A DNA stretch of 63,849 nucleotides, filler included. It is 4 parts of 4 records of this genome, joined end to end, with 100 filler letters (N's around TTAATTAATTAA, not from the genome) between each part and the next. Parts side by side here need not be neighbours in the genome. Positions count along the whole stretch, not along the records: positions 1 to 31,790 come from SRR22947725_2334; 3 more parts are not named here. One strand, written 5' to 3'. Of the stretch, positions 13,056-22,230 are shown piece by piece. The position numbers and the translations under genes were made by a program. The notes below the pieces were generated by a model. That model saw only the letters and a program-made list of their open reading frames with translations, made no database searches and was not told the origin of the DNA. How positions within the stretch are numbered: the first letter of the stretch is position 1; each line of letters opens with the position of its first letter.

Positions 13056-13817
13056 CTAAAAACTGTCTTTTTCTTCCCTTAGATATCTAAAAAATTCAAA
13101 ATCAGTATAATTATTTTTATCTCTTAGTTCTAAAGCCATTTCACAATTCTGATTTAAAAAAGGGTTACATTTTTTCTCATCTCCCAAATAAAATGGAATA
13201 GACCTTTTTTTTGAGTCTAGGTCAGAAATGATATCATTTTTTATACTCTCTAAAATTTTATTTTTTTTAAATAAATGTTCTAAAAATTTTAAATTATTTA
13301 AAGTATATTCATGACCACAATAAACCAACATCCTATCTGGTAAATTAGAAAGCTTATGTAGTGAGTTTTGCATTTGTTCTAAAGTACCTTCAAATACACG
13401 TCCACAGCCTAGTCGAAAAAGAACATCGCCAACAAACAGCAAATTATTTTTATGATCACATAAAACAATATGATCAAGAGTATGCCCAGGAGTATAAATA
13501 ATTTCAAACTTATTTAAGTTTGTTGTAATATTATTACCACCAGAAATTGTATCAACTGAAATTGAATTTAACTTTGAGGGTGAAAATACTTTTACTTCTG
13601 GGTATCTTTTAACTAAATCAATTACTCCTGATGTATGATCGCTATGATGATGAGTAATAAAAATATAATCAAGGATAAGTTTCTTCTTTTTTAATACATC
13701 CAATATTTTATCTGCTTCTGCGGGATCTATAATGATACTAGAATTATTCTCATTGCTAGAAATTAAGTAGGAGTAATTATCATTAAGTTGATTGATTATT
13801 TCTACAGATACAGTCAT
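13056..13817 (-). CDS. gloB: Hydroxyacylglutathione hydrolase (glyoxalase II)
   Basis: DNYSY, THHHSDH, GCGRVFEG, CGHEYT. Confidence 0.92.
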   Translation of the reverse strand: MTVSVEIINQLNDNYSYLISSNENNSSIIIDPAEADKILDVLKKKKLILDYIFITHHHSDHTSGVIDLVKRYPEVKVFSPSKLNSISVDTISGGNNITTNLNKFEIIYTPGHTLDHIVLCDHKNNLLFVGDVLFRLGCGRVFEGTLEQMQNSLHKLSNLPDRMLVYCGHEYTLNNLKFLEHLFKKNKILESIKNDIISDLDSKKRSIPFYLGDEKKCNPFLNQNCEMALELRDKNNYTDFEFFRYLREEKDSF

Positions 13818-14512
13818 TAATTGATGATAGCAGAGTTTTTTGCAAACATTTTATTTGTGGTTTTTATTTTTATAGGTTCAAAGTTTTTATAACTAAGTAA
13901 AAAAATTGCCTCATGAGTTATGATGTTTGTAGGAAGTAATGTGTTATTAAGCGAAAACTGTTTGCCCTTACTAGTAAGACCAATACTGCTCTCTATGACT
14001 ATATTCATTTCTTTACATAAATTTTCAAAATCTTTTAAGGTAAAAAAATGAATGTTAGGAGTATCATACCATGAGTAGGGAAGACCTTCTGTTATTGGCA
14101 TCTTCCCCAATAATAATAACTGTAATCTAATTTTCCAATGTCCAAAATTAGGAAAAGATACAATGGCTTTAGATCCAATCCTTAATAATTCTGTTAATAT
14201 TTTTTTTGGCTCAATCATTGCCTGTAAAGTTTGACTAAGAATAACATAATCAAAACTTTGATTTGCATATTGAAATAAGTCTTTTTCTGCATCACCGTGC
14301 GTAATATTTAATCCTTTAGCAATCCCTTTTAAGGCCAACCCCTGATCTTTTTCAACACCGTGAACATTTGCATGTAAATTTTTCTTGAGTTGCTGAATGA
14401 GATCTCCTTCACCACAGCCCACATCTAAAACTCTTGATCTTTCATTTATTAAAGATTCTATTAAATCCCAATCTTTTCTTATGCTTCTGATGCTATTCAT
14501 TGGTTTTTCCAT
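13817..14512 (-). CDS. metW: Methionine biosynthesis protein MetW
   Basis: LDVGCGEG, ILSQTLQ, SFPNFGHW, WYDTPNIH. Confidence 0.93.
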   Translation of the reverse strand: MEKPMNSIRSIRKDWDLIESLINERSRVLDVGCGEGDLIQQLKKNLHANVHGVEKDQGLALKGIAKGLNITHGDAEKDLFQYANQSFDYVILSQTLQAMIEPKKILTELLRIGSKAIVSFPNFGHWKIRLQLLLLGKMPITEGLPYSWYDTPNIHFFTLKDFENLCKEMNIVIESSIGLTSKGKQFSLNNTLLPTNIITHEAIFLLSYKNFEPIKIKTTNKMFAKNSAIIN

Positions 14513-15644
14513 AATTACTCTCTAAAAAACCTTTCATGGCAATATCAAGATCAGGTTCGTCTAATAGAAAACTATCATGCCCTTTATCCGTCTCTATTTC
14601 AAGAAAGCTCACATTACGTGATAAGCTATTTAAAGTTTCAACTATTTCTTTATTTTCTCTTGTGGGAAATAACCAATCAGAAGTGAATGATATAATTAGA
14701 TACTTAATGTTATCATTTTCATTATTTATAAATTCTAGTGTTTTGCGATAGGTTTCAGAATGATCAAAATAATCCATTGCTCTTGTTAGATATAAATATG
14801 AATTTGCATCAAATCTCTCAACAAAAGATCTGCCTTGATGACGTAAATAGCTTTCGATTTGAAAATCAGCATCAAAGCCAAAAGATATAATATCTCTTGA
14901 TTGAAGCTTTCTTCCAAATTTTCTATGCATTGCATCTTCTGATAAGTATGTAATATGTGCTATCATTCTTGCGACTGACAATCCTCTTTCTGGGATAGAT
15001 TCTTTTTCAAAATAATTACCTTCATGCCAGTTAGGGTCATTCATTATGGCTTGTCTGCCAACTTCATGAAAGGCGATATTTTGCGCAGAGTGTTTAAGAG
15101 CACCTGCAATATGAACAATGGTTTGTATTCTATTTGGAAAATCAGTTGACCATTGTAACGCTTGCATCGCTCCCATTGAACCACCAACTACACTAAATAA
15201 TTTATCTATTTTTAATGCATCAATTAGTTTTACCTGAGCACCAACCATATCTTTAATAGTGATAGATGGAAAGCTTCCTCCATAAATAATATCTTCGTTA
15301 TCTTTTCTTTGTTTTGGCCCTGTAGAACCTGAGCATCCACCCAAAACATTTGAGCAGATCACAAAATATTTATTTGTATCGATAGGTTTATCAGGGCCTA
15401 CCATTCTCGACCACCAACCATCTCTTTCAGTTATTGGATTAAATCCTGAAACATATTGATCACCTGTTAACGCATGACATATTAAAATTGCGTTTGATTG
15501 ATTTTTATTAAGTGATCCAAATGTTTTAAAAGCTATTTTAAAACTCTCTAGTATCAAGCCTGATTCAAGTTTAAAATTGGCATTTGCAAATTCTGCAATG
15601 CTGCAATCAAGCTCTTTATCTTTTTTTATATCAAAATTACTCAT
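14493..15644 (-). CDS. metX: Homoserine O-acetyltransferase
   Basis: CHALTG, GGSMG, RFDANSY, GHDSFLL. Confidence 0.95.
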   Translation of the reverse strand: MSNFDIKKDKELDCSIAEFANANFKLESGLILESFKIAFKTFGSLNKNQSNAILICHALTGDQYVSGFNPITERDGWWSRMVGPDKPIDTNKYFVICSNVLGGCSGSTGPKQRKDNEDIIYGGSFPSITIKDMVGAQVKLIDALKIDKLFSVVGGSMGAMQALQWSTDFPNRIQTIVHIAGALKHSAQNIAFHEVGRQAIMNDPNWHEGNYFEKESIPERGLSVARMIAHITYLSEDAMHRKFGRKLQSRDIISFGFDADFQIESYLRHQGRSFVERFDANSYLYLTRAMDYFDHSETYRKTLEFINNENDNIKYLIISFTSDWLFPTRENKEIVETLNSLSRNVSFLEIETDKGHDSFLLDEPDLDIAMKGFLESNYGKTNE

Positions 15645-15687
15645 AATCTTTTTACCGATTTAATATTTTACTAGTTACGGAGAGTAT

Positions 15688-15738
15688 CACGCTTTAGCTG
15701 TTCAGATACACACCCGCAAGCAGTTACAAATCGGTGTT
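15688..15738 (-). promoter_or_regulatory. SAM-II (SAM_alpha) riboswitch
   Basis: ACACCGATTTGTAACTGCTTGCGGGTGT...CAGCTAAAGCG: ACACC/GGTGT P1 stem, GATTT, TTGC and AGCTAAA consensus elements; directly upstream of metX. Confidence 0.85.
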
Positions 15739-15850
15739 AAAGGGTATTTAATTTATATAAGTTTTTTGTCAATAATTGTTAATTTTGATCAAGAAATTAC
15801 TGTTTATTTTGATTTATTGTCATATAGTTTGTAAAGACACCCACAACAAT

Positions 15851-17200
15851 ATGGATAATAAAAAACTAGAAACATTAAGAGACGATATTAATTCACTAGA
15901 TGATAAAATATTGGATCTACTTAAACAAAGAGCTGAAATTGTTATAGAAATTGGTGAACAAAAGAAATCAAAGACTGATATAGTTGATACTCAAAGAGAG
16001 CAGAAAGTACTTGATAGGTTATTACAAAATTCAAAAACAAAATATTCTAAGGACTCTATCGTTAGAATTTGGCGAGAGATATTTCAAGCATCAACCAAAT
16101 TACAAGAAAACAATAGCTCCCTAATAACCACGAAGAGAACTATAAATTCTATAAATATTTATAAAGGTGGAAAGTCTTCAGTAACAGGTAAAGATAATAT
16201 TATTAAATTGTCTTCTAATGAAAATTCTTATGGCCCTTCACCTAAGGTCTTAGATCATATAAATAAATCTGAAACTCTTCTTAATTCACATCGTTATCCA
16301 AGTATTGATGGAATTGAGCTCAGAGAAAAAATTGCAATTACTCACAATTTAGATGTTAACCGAATAATTCTTGGTTGTGGCTCTGATGAAACATTACTTT
16401 TTGCTGCTTTAGCATTTTGCCAGGACGGAGATGAAATAATTCACGCAAAACACGGATTTGAGATGTATCCGATTATAACAAAAATAGTTGGAGCAACATC
16501 TAAACTTATTGAAGAGAATACAAATTATACAATTGATGTAGATTCTATTTTACAACAAGTCACACCTTCAACAAAAATTATTTATTTAGCTAACCCCAAT
16601 AATCCTACCGGTACTTATTTATCAAGGACTGAAATAATTAATCTTTTAAATAAACTACCTAAACATATTGTAGTCGTTATTGATGGCGCCTACGCAGAAT
16701 ATGTAATTAAAGATGATTATGATAGTGGATTTTCTTTAACAGAAGATTTTGAAAATATTATCATGACAAGAACTTTTTCAAAAGTTTATGGCCTTGCCGC
16801 ATTGAGAATCGGTTGGTGTTACTCAAGTGAAAAGATCGCAAATATTTTAAATAAAGTAAAAGGACCATTTAATACACAAACTATATCACAGGAAATTGCT
16901 ATGCTTGCCCTAGAAGATAAAGAATATTTAAAGGAGGTCGTTGATAATAATCACAAAGTTAAAAAATGGTTTGAAGATGAGTTAAAAAAATTGGGTATAA
17001 ATTGTGGCTCCTCTGAGGGAAATTTTTCTTTTATTCAATCATCTGAAAAAAGAGCTAAAGAAATCTCTGCACATTTAACAAATGAAGGAATAATTGTCCG
17101 TCAATTAGATAGTTACGGATTACCTAATTGTCTTCGAATAACAATTGGAACACAAGAAGAAATGATTGCTACAATAGAGTCACTTAAAAAAATATCATAA
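15851..17200 (+). CDS. hisC: Fusion: AroQ chorismate mutase + histidinol-phosphate/aromatic aminotransferase (HisC)
   Basis: N-terminal LETLRDDINSLDDKILDLLKQR...REQKVL; C-terminal KLSSNEN, NPNNPTG, DGAY, RTFSKVYGLAALRIG. Confidence 0.88.
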   Translation: MDNKKLETLRDDINSLDDKILDLLKQRAEIVIEIGEQKKSKTDIVDTQREQKVLDRLLQNSKTKYSKDSIVRIWREIFQASTKLQENNSSLITTKRTINSINIYKGGKSSVTGKDNIIKLSSNENSYGPSPKVLDHINKSETLLNSHRYPSIDGIELREKIAITHNLDVNRIILGCGSDETLLFAALAFCQDGDEIIHAKHGFEMYPIITKIVGATSKLIEENTNYTIDVDSILQQVTPSTKIIYLANPNNPTGTYLSRTEIINLLNKLPKHIVVVIDGAYAEYVIKDDYDSGFSLTEDFENIIMTRTFSKVYGLAALRIGWCYSSEKIANILNKVKGPFNTQTISQEIAMLALEDKEYLKEVVDNNHKVKKWFEDELKKLGINCGSSEGNFSFIQSSEKRAKEISAHLTNEGIIVRQLDSYGLPNCLRITIGTQEEMIATIESLKKIS

Positions 17201-18111
17201 TGACAAAAAAATATAATTCAGTTTTAATAATAGGAATGGGTTTAATTGGCTCATCTATTGCTCGCGCACTAGTAGAGAGCCATGTTGCAAACAGCGTATA
17301 TGGATTAGATTCTGATGATAAGATTATAAAAAAATGCCATGATTTAAATCTTTTAGTTCAAGGAGAAACAAACTTAAAAAATTTTGAACTTCAATTTGAT
17401 CTTATAATTATTTGCACACCCTTAAGTGCATATAAAAATATTTTTTCTTCTTTATCAGATTTTATTTCTCTACCAACTTTAATAACAGATGTTGGCTCGA
17501 CAAAAATGAGCACTATAAGTGACTTTAAAAATAGTGTTACAAATAATAATATGACTTTTGTGCCTTCACATCCAATAGCAGGACTAGAAAAAAGTGGTCC
17601 AGAATATGGTTTCAGTAAATTATTTGACAATAGATATTGTATTTTAACTCCCTATGAAACAAACGATGCTGCTACTTCTTCTATCAGTGAAATGTGGAAA
17701 TCAATTGGGATGACAGTTGAACTTATGGATGCTGATAAACATGACCGTGTCTTGGCAATGACATCACATATTCCTCAGCTCATAGCCTTCTCTGTTGTTG
17801 GAACTGCGACTGAGCTAGAGTCTCATATGCGTGATGAAGTAATCAAATATTCTGCTGCAGGCTTTAGAGATTTTACGCGATTAGCTGGAAGCGATCCCAT
17901 TATGTGGAGAGATGTGTATAATAAAAATAAAGATGCAGTTCTAGAAATGCTTGGAAGATTTAGCGAAGATTTATCGACGTATCAAAAAGCAATAAGAAAT
18001 GGTGACTTAGAATTTTTAGAAAATAAATTTAATCAATCGAAAAAAATTCGTAAAGAAATTGAAGATATTGGTCAAGCAGGAAGTTTTGATCCAACAGAGA
18101 AAAAAAATTAA
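17200..18111 (+). CDS. tyrA: Prephenate/arogenate (cyclohexadienyl) dehydrogenase
   Basis: GMGLIGSS, DVGSTK, HPIAG, HDRVLAMTSHIP, GFRDFTRLA. Confidence 0.93.
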   Translation: MTKKYNSVLIIGMGLIGSSIARALVESHVANSVYGLDSDDKIIKKCHDLNLLVQGETNLKNFELQFDLIIICTPLSAYKNIFSSLSDFISLPTLITDVGSTKMSTISDFKNSVTNNNMTFVPSHPIAGLEKSGPEYGFSKLFDNRYCILTPYETNDAATSSISEMWKSIGMTVELMDADKHDRVLAMTSHIPQLIAFSVVGTATELESHMRDEVIKYSAAGFRDFTRLAGSDPIMWRDVYNKNKDAVLEMLGRFSEDLSTYQKAIRNGDLEFLENKFNQSKKIRKEIEDIGQAGSFDPTEKKN

Positions 18112-18809
18112 TTCAATAATTTATTGGTTGCTGACTCAACAGAGCTTTCTACCTTATTTAGAACCTCTTTTTTATCAAGACCGATATCTATTTGAGGCAA
18201 AAATTCTATAATAATATGTCCTCGCTTTATGATCTTAAATCCCTTTTGCCAAAATAATCCTGAATTAAGAGCTACCGGCTGAAGTTTTCTTTTTGAGGTA
18301 TTATAAATTCCTATAAATCCAGTTTTGTAATCAGCTTTTGCACCAGGTTTTTTTCTTGTCCCTTCAGGAAAAATAATAATTGTAGAGCCGCTATCTAATT
18401 TTTTTTTAACATCAGTAATCATTTTACGCATGGTAGATGCTTGACCCGCTCTATCAATAGACACCATATTATGCTTCATTAAATATTGACCAAATATAGG
18501 AATATAAAAGAGTTGTTTTTTATGAATAAAAAAACTTTTTTTAAGATAGTAATAAAGAGCAAACGTTTCAAAAGCAGATTGATGCTTAGAAACAATAATT
18601 ACTGGCTCATCTGAGAGGTTAGCAAGCCCTCTCATTTCATGAGTAACTCCACATATATATCGTAAACTAATAAAAATACCCTTGATCCAAATTTTAGCAG
18701 GTAAAGCGATATATGTACTTGGCAAAAGTAAAAATGGAAGGCTTAAAAAGCCCATTAAAATTGTCCAAGATGCTAAAGCACCATAAAAGATAATAGTTAA
18801 TAATAACAT
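18108..18809 (-). CDS. plsC: 1-acyl-sn-glycerol-3-phosphate acyltransferase
   Basis: KHQSAFE, FPEGTR. Confidence 0.85.
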   Translation of the reverse strand: MLLLTIIFYGALASWTILMGFLSLPFLLLPSTYIALPAKIWIKGIFISLRYICGVTHEMRGLANLSDEPVIIVSKHQSAFETFALYYYLKKSFFIHKKQLFYIPIFGQYLMKHNMVSIDRAGQASTMRKMITDVKKKLDSGSTIIIFPEGTRKKPGAKADYKTGFIGIYNTSKRKLQPVALNSGLFWQKGFKIIKRGHIIIEFLPQIDIGLDKKEVLNKVESSVESATNKLLN

Positions 18810-18858
18810 ACTATAAATTTTGTTTTATATACTAACCTCTCTACTCTATATATAGATT

Positions 18859-19311
18859 ATGTTCATTCAATGCTCAGATTGTGACTATAAATATATTGTA
18901 AATTCTGCAGATTTAAAACCTGATGGAAGAATGGTTGAGTGTGCAAACTGTAATCATCGCTGGTTTCAAGAACCATTAAAAGGAGAAGATTTACTATCTT
19001 CTTCAGTGCCAAAAACGTCTCAAGAAAAACCTTTGGAAAAAGAAGAAAAAAGTCAAAATAATGAAACTAATTTACCACCTAAAGAGATAAAAAATTTACC
19101 AAGTACAGTAGTCAGAGAACAAAAGGTAAGTTTTATAAATACTTTTTTAGTAATTTTTTTCTTGGTATTGGTGATTTTTTTATTTTGGACTTTAAGATCT
19201 TATGGAACAAATATTTTTGTTTTAATAAGTTTTTATATTAATGAATTTTTTTTCAATTTAAAATTAATCATTGATGATTTAGCAAAAATTATTTATCAAA
19301 TTATAAATTAA
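18859..19311 (+). CDS. Zinc-ribbon (MJ0042-type) membrane protein
   Basis: CSDC...VECANCNHRW plus C-terminal TM helix. Confidence 0.75.
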   Translation: MFIQCSDCDYKYIVNSADLKPDGRMVECANCNHRWFQEPLKGEDLLSSSVPKTSQEKPLEKEEKSQNNETNLPPKEIKNLPSTVVREQKVSFINTFLVIFFLVLVIFLFWTLRSYGTNIFVLISFYINEFFFNLKLIIDDLAKIIYQIIN

Positions 19312-20552
19312 ACTAGCCAATCAGGAATACGATCCTGATCAATATACTCTTTTGTACTCAAAGGTTTGTGAATAACAAAAAAATCATTATCCTTCACGAG
19401 TATTTCTTTTGGCAGGCCTCTTGAATTGTAATTAGACGCCATGACCTTTCCATATGCGCCAGTATCTTTTATAATAATTAGATTGCCAATTTGTTGCTGC
19501 GGTAAATTAATATTTTTTCCAAAAATATCAGAACTCTCACATATTGGTCCAGCAATAGTATAATCTGTTGGTTTCTGTGTATTCCCACTTACTGATTCTA
19601 TTTCATGGTGTGCTTTATACAGAGCTGGGCGTATTAATGTATGCATGCCAGCATCTGTTATTAAATAATTTATTCCACCATTATTTTTAATTGTGATTAC
19701 AGTTGTTACTAGAATACCTGCATTTGCAATAAGGTATCTTCCGGGCTCAAAAGATAATTTATAAGGTACATCAACAAAACATTTATTCATTTCGTTTTTA
19801 ACGAGTTCTAAATTAAGTATTTTTTGATCTTGGGAATAGGTCACTCCAAGACCTCCCCCTAAATCAACATGCTTAATAGCATATCCTTTATCTAAAAATA
19901 TTTGGGCATTAGCTTTCATTTTTACAAAAATTTCAGCAAATACATTTATATTAAATATCTGACTTCCAACATGACAACTGATACCAATAAGATTAACATT
20001 TTTAGAAACTTCTAGAACTTGAAATAATTCATTTAGTTTGTCTGTATCTATTCCAAATTTGTCCGTTTTTTTCCCTGTAGATATCTTATCGAGTGTTTGA
20101 CCATCTATGTTAGGATTTAATCTTATACCAATATTAATTTTTTTATTTAGATGAAGAGCAACTTCATTAACTCTCTCTAATTCATCTATTGACTCAATGT
20201 TTATGAGACGAATATTTTTTTCTATGGCAAATGCTATATCTTGTTTGGTTTTCCCTATACCTTCAAAAATTATTTTTTGAGGTTCTACACCTGCTAATAT
20301 TGCTCTTTCTAACTCACCAACTGATACAACATCAGCCCCGGCTCCTAAAGAAGCCATGAGTCTGATGATAGATTGATTAGAATTTGCCTTAACAGCATAA
20401 AATATTTCAGAGTCCAAACTATTTTTTAATTGTTTAAATATATTGGTAATTTTAGTTTGAGAATAAACATAAAAAGGTGTTGTCTGAGCTTTAGCTATAT
20501 CTTCTAACGATACACCCTCAATAAAGGGTCTGCTTTTATTGTAATGAATCAT
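19308..20552 (-). CDS. lysA: Diaminopimelate decarboxylase
   Basis: YAVKANS, HVGSQ, EPGR, GPICESSD, GAYG. Confidence 0.96.
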   Translation of the reverse strand: MIHYNKSRPFIEGVSLEDIAKAQTTPFYVYSQTKITNIFKQLKNSLDSEIFYAVKANSNQSIIRLMASLGAGADVVSVGELERAILAGVEPQKIIFEGIGKTKQDIAFAIEKNIRLINIESIDELERVNEVALHLNKKINIGIRLNPNIDGQTLDKISTGKKTDKFGIDTDKLNELFQVLEVSKNVNLIGISCHVGSQIFNINVFAEIFVKMKANAQIFLDKGYAIKHVDLGGGLGVTYSQDQKILNLELVKNEMNKCFVDVPYKLSFEPGRYLIANAGILVTTVITIKNNGGINYLITDAGMHTLIRPALYKAHHEIESVSGNTQKPTDYTIAGPICESSDIFGKNINLPQQQIGNLIIIKDTGAYGKVMASNYNSRGLPKEILVKDNDFFVIHKPLSTKEYIDQDRIPDWLV

Positions 20553-20553
20553 T

Positions 20554-20742
20554 TTATTCCGTTTGAATAATGACTGATTGCTGTCTTTCTTTCTCAGCTT
20601 CAAATCGCTCCATACAAGCTTCATCACAAGGATAGCTAATAACCGATTTATCCAATTGATCTTCAGGGAGACTTAAAGGGCCCACTTTCCCACAACTAAA
20701 GAGGAAAAATGAAATAAATAAAATATATAAAAAATTTTTCAT
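20554..20742 (-). CDS. Small lipoprotein (LptM/YifL/LppL-like)
   Basis: Lipobox LFSC followed by GKVGPLSLP; between argH and lysA. Confidence 0.75.
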   Translation of the reverse strand: MKNFLYILFISFFLFSCGKVGPLSLPEDQLDKSVISYPCDEACMERFEAEKERQQSVIIQTE

Positions 20743-22124
20743 TACAGATATTTTTTTATAGCATATTTAATTGATTGTTTAACCCTTTGTGGTGATGTTC
20801 CACCAAAACTTTTTTTATTTTTTATACTTTCATTTATAGAAAGAGTTTTTTGAGCATCTTTTGTAATTTTTTTATTAAATTGTTGAAGTTCTTCTAAACT
20901 CAATTGATCCAGTTTTTTATTGTTTTTATTAGCGTGTGCTACAATTTTACCAGTCAATTGATAAGCTTCTCTAAAGGATAATTCCAGATGTTGTACTAAC
21001 CAATTTGCAAAATCTGTAGATGTAGCATTAGAATTATTTACTGCATCAGCCATAATATCTTTATTAAAACTAATCTTAGACCATATTTCTGTCATCACTT
21101 CTAATGTTAGGCAAACATCATCAAATGCTGAAAAAACTATTTTTTTGTCATCCTGAAGATCTTTACTGTAAGCTAATGGAAGGCCTTTTAGTATAACCAG
21201 TAATCCATTCAAGTTACCAATAATACCACTTGCTTTTCCTCGCACTAATTCAGCCCCATCAGGATTTTTTTTCTGAGGCATGATAGAACTACCAGTTGCT
21301 AATTCATCTGGTAAGTTTATAAAATTAAATTGTTGATTAGACCAAAGAATAATTTCATCAGCCATTCTAGATAAATGTGTGCTTATAAGTGATATCACAA
21401 ATAAAAATTCAACAGCAAAATCTCTATCAGATACACTATCCAGTGCATTAGCTGTTGGTTTAGAAAATTTCAATAATTTGGATGTTAAATTTCTGTCAAT
21501 AGGGAATGATGTTCCTGCTAAAGCTCCAGAGCCAAGGGGATTTTCATTTAACCTTTCTATGCAATCTTTTAATCTTGATCTATCTCGACCCATCATTTCA
21601 ACATAGGCGAGACAGTGATGAGCTAACGATATGGGTTGTGCAACCTGAAGATGTGTATAGCCAGGCATTACAGTAACAGTATTTTTCTTAGCAACATCAA
21701 TAAGACTTTTTTGTAAGTTTTGAACGTGCTTATCAAGATTGATACTATTATTTCTTATCCAAAGTTTAAAGTCGGTAACAACCTGATCATTACGTGATCT
21801 AGCAGTATGTAATTTTCCTGCAGTTTTTCCAATTTGTTTGAAGAGCAAAGATTCAATATTCATATGAATATCCTCAAGCTCACTTTTAAAATGAATTTTA
21901 CCAGAATTAATATTTTGTAAAATGACTTTAAGGCCATTAACAATTTTTGTTTGATCTTTTTTTGATATAATATTTTGTTTACCAAGCATTGTGGCATGTG
22001 CGATTGAGCCCTCAATGTCTTCTCTGTACATTCTTTGATCAATATCTATCGAGTTATTAATAGATTCTAATAACTTCGAAGGACCGTTCTTTAAATGCAT
22101 ATTTCTTGACGGATTTTTTTTCAT
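20742..22124 (-). CDS. argH: Argininosuccinate lyase
   Basis: EDIH, HTARSRNDQ, GSSIMPQKKNPD. Confidence 0.97.
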   Translation of the reverse strand: MKKNPSRNMHLKNGPSKLLESINNSIDIDQRMYREDIEGSIAHATMLGKQNIISKKDQTKIVNGLKVILQNINSGKIHFKSELEDIHMNIESLLFKQIGKTAGKLHTARSRNDQVVTDFKLWIRNNSINLDKHVQNLQKSLIDVAKKNTVTVMPGYTHLQVAQPISLAHHCLAYVEMMGRDRSRLKDCIERLNENPLGSGALAGTSFPIDRNLTSKLLKFSKPTANALDSVSDRDFAVEFLFVISLISTHLSRMADEIILWSNQQFNFINLPDELATGSSIMPQKKNPDGAELVRGKASGIIGNLNGLLVILKGLPLAYSKDLQDDKKIVFSAFDDVCLTLEVMTEIWSKISFNKDIMADAVNNSNATSTDFANWLVQHLELSFREAYQLTGKIVAHANKNNKKLDQLSLEELQQFNKKITKDAQKTLSINESIKNKKSFGGTSPQRVKQSIKYAIKKYL

Positions 22125-22230
22125 CGCGTGCGCCTATAAAGCTATTTACAATATTTTTCACTCAAATACGTTATTTTTTTGTGTTTCTTTTGATGAGATT
22201 TGTTAAATTATCTATATAACCTCTTAAAAA

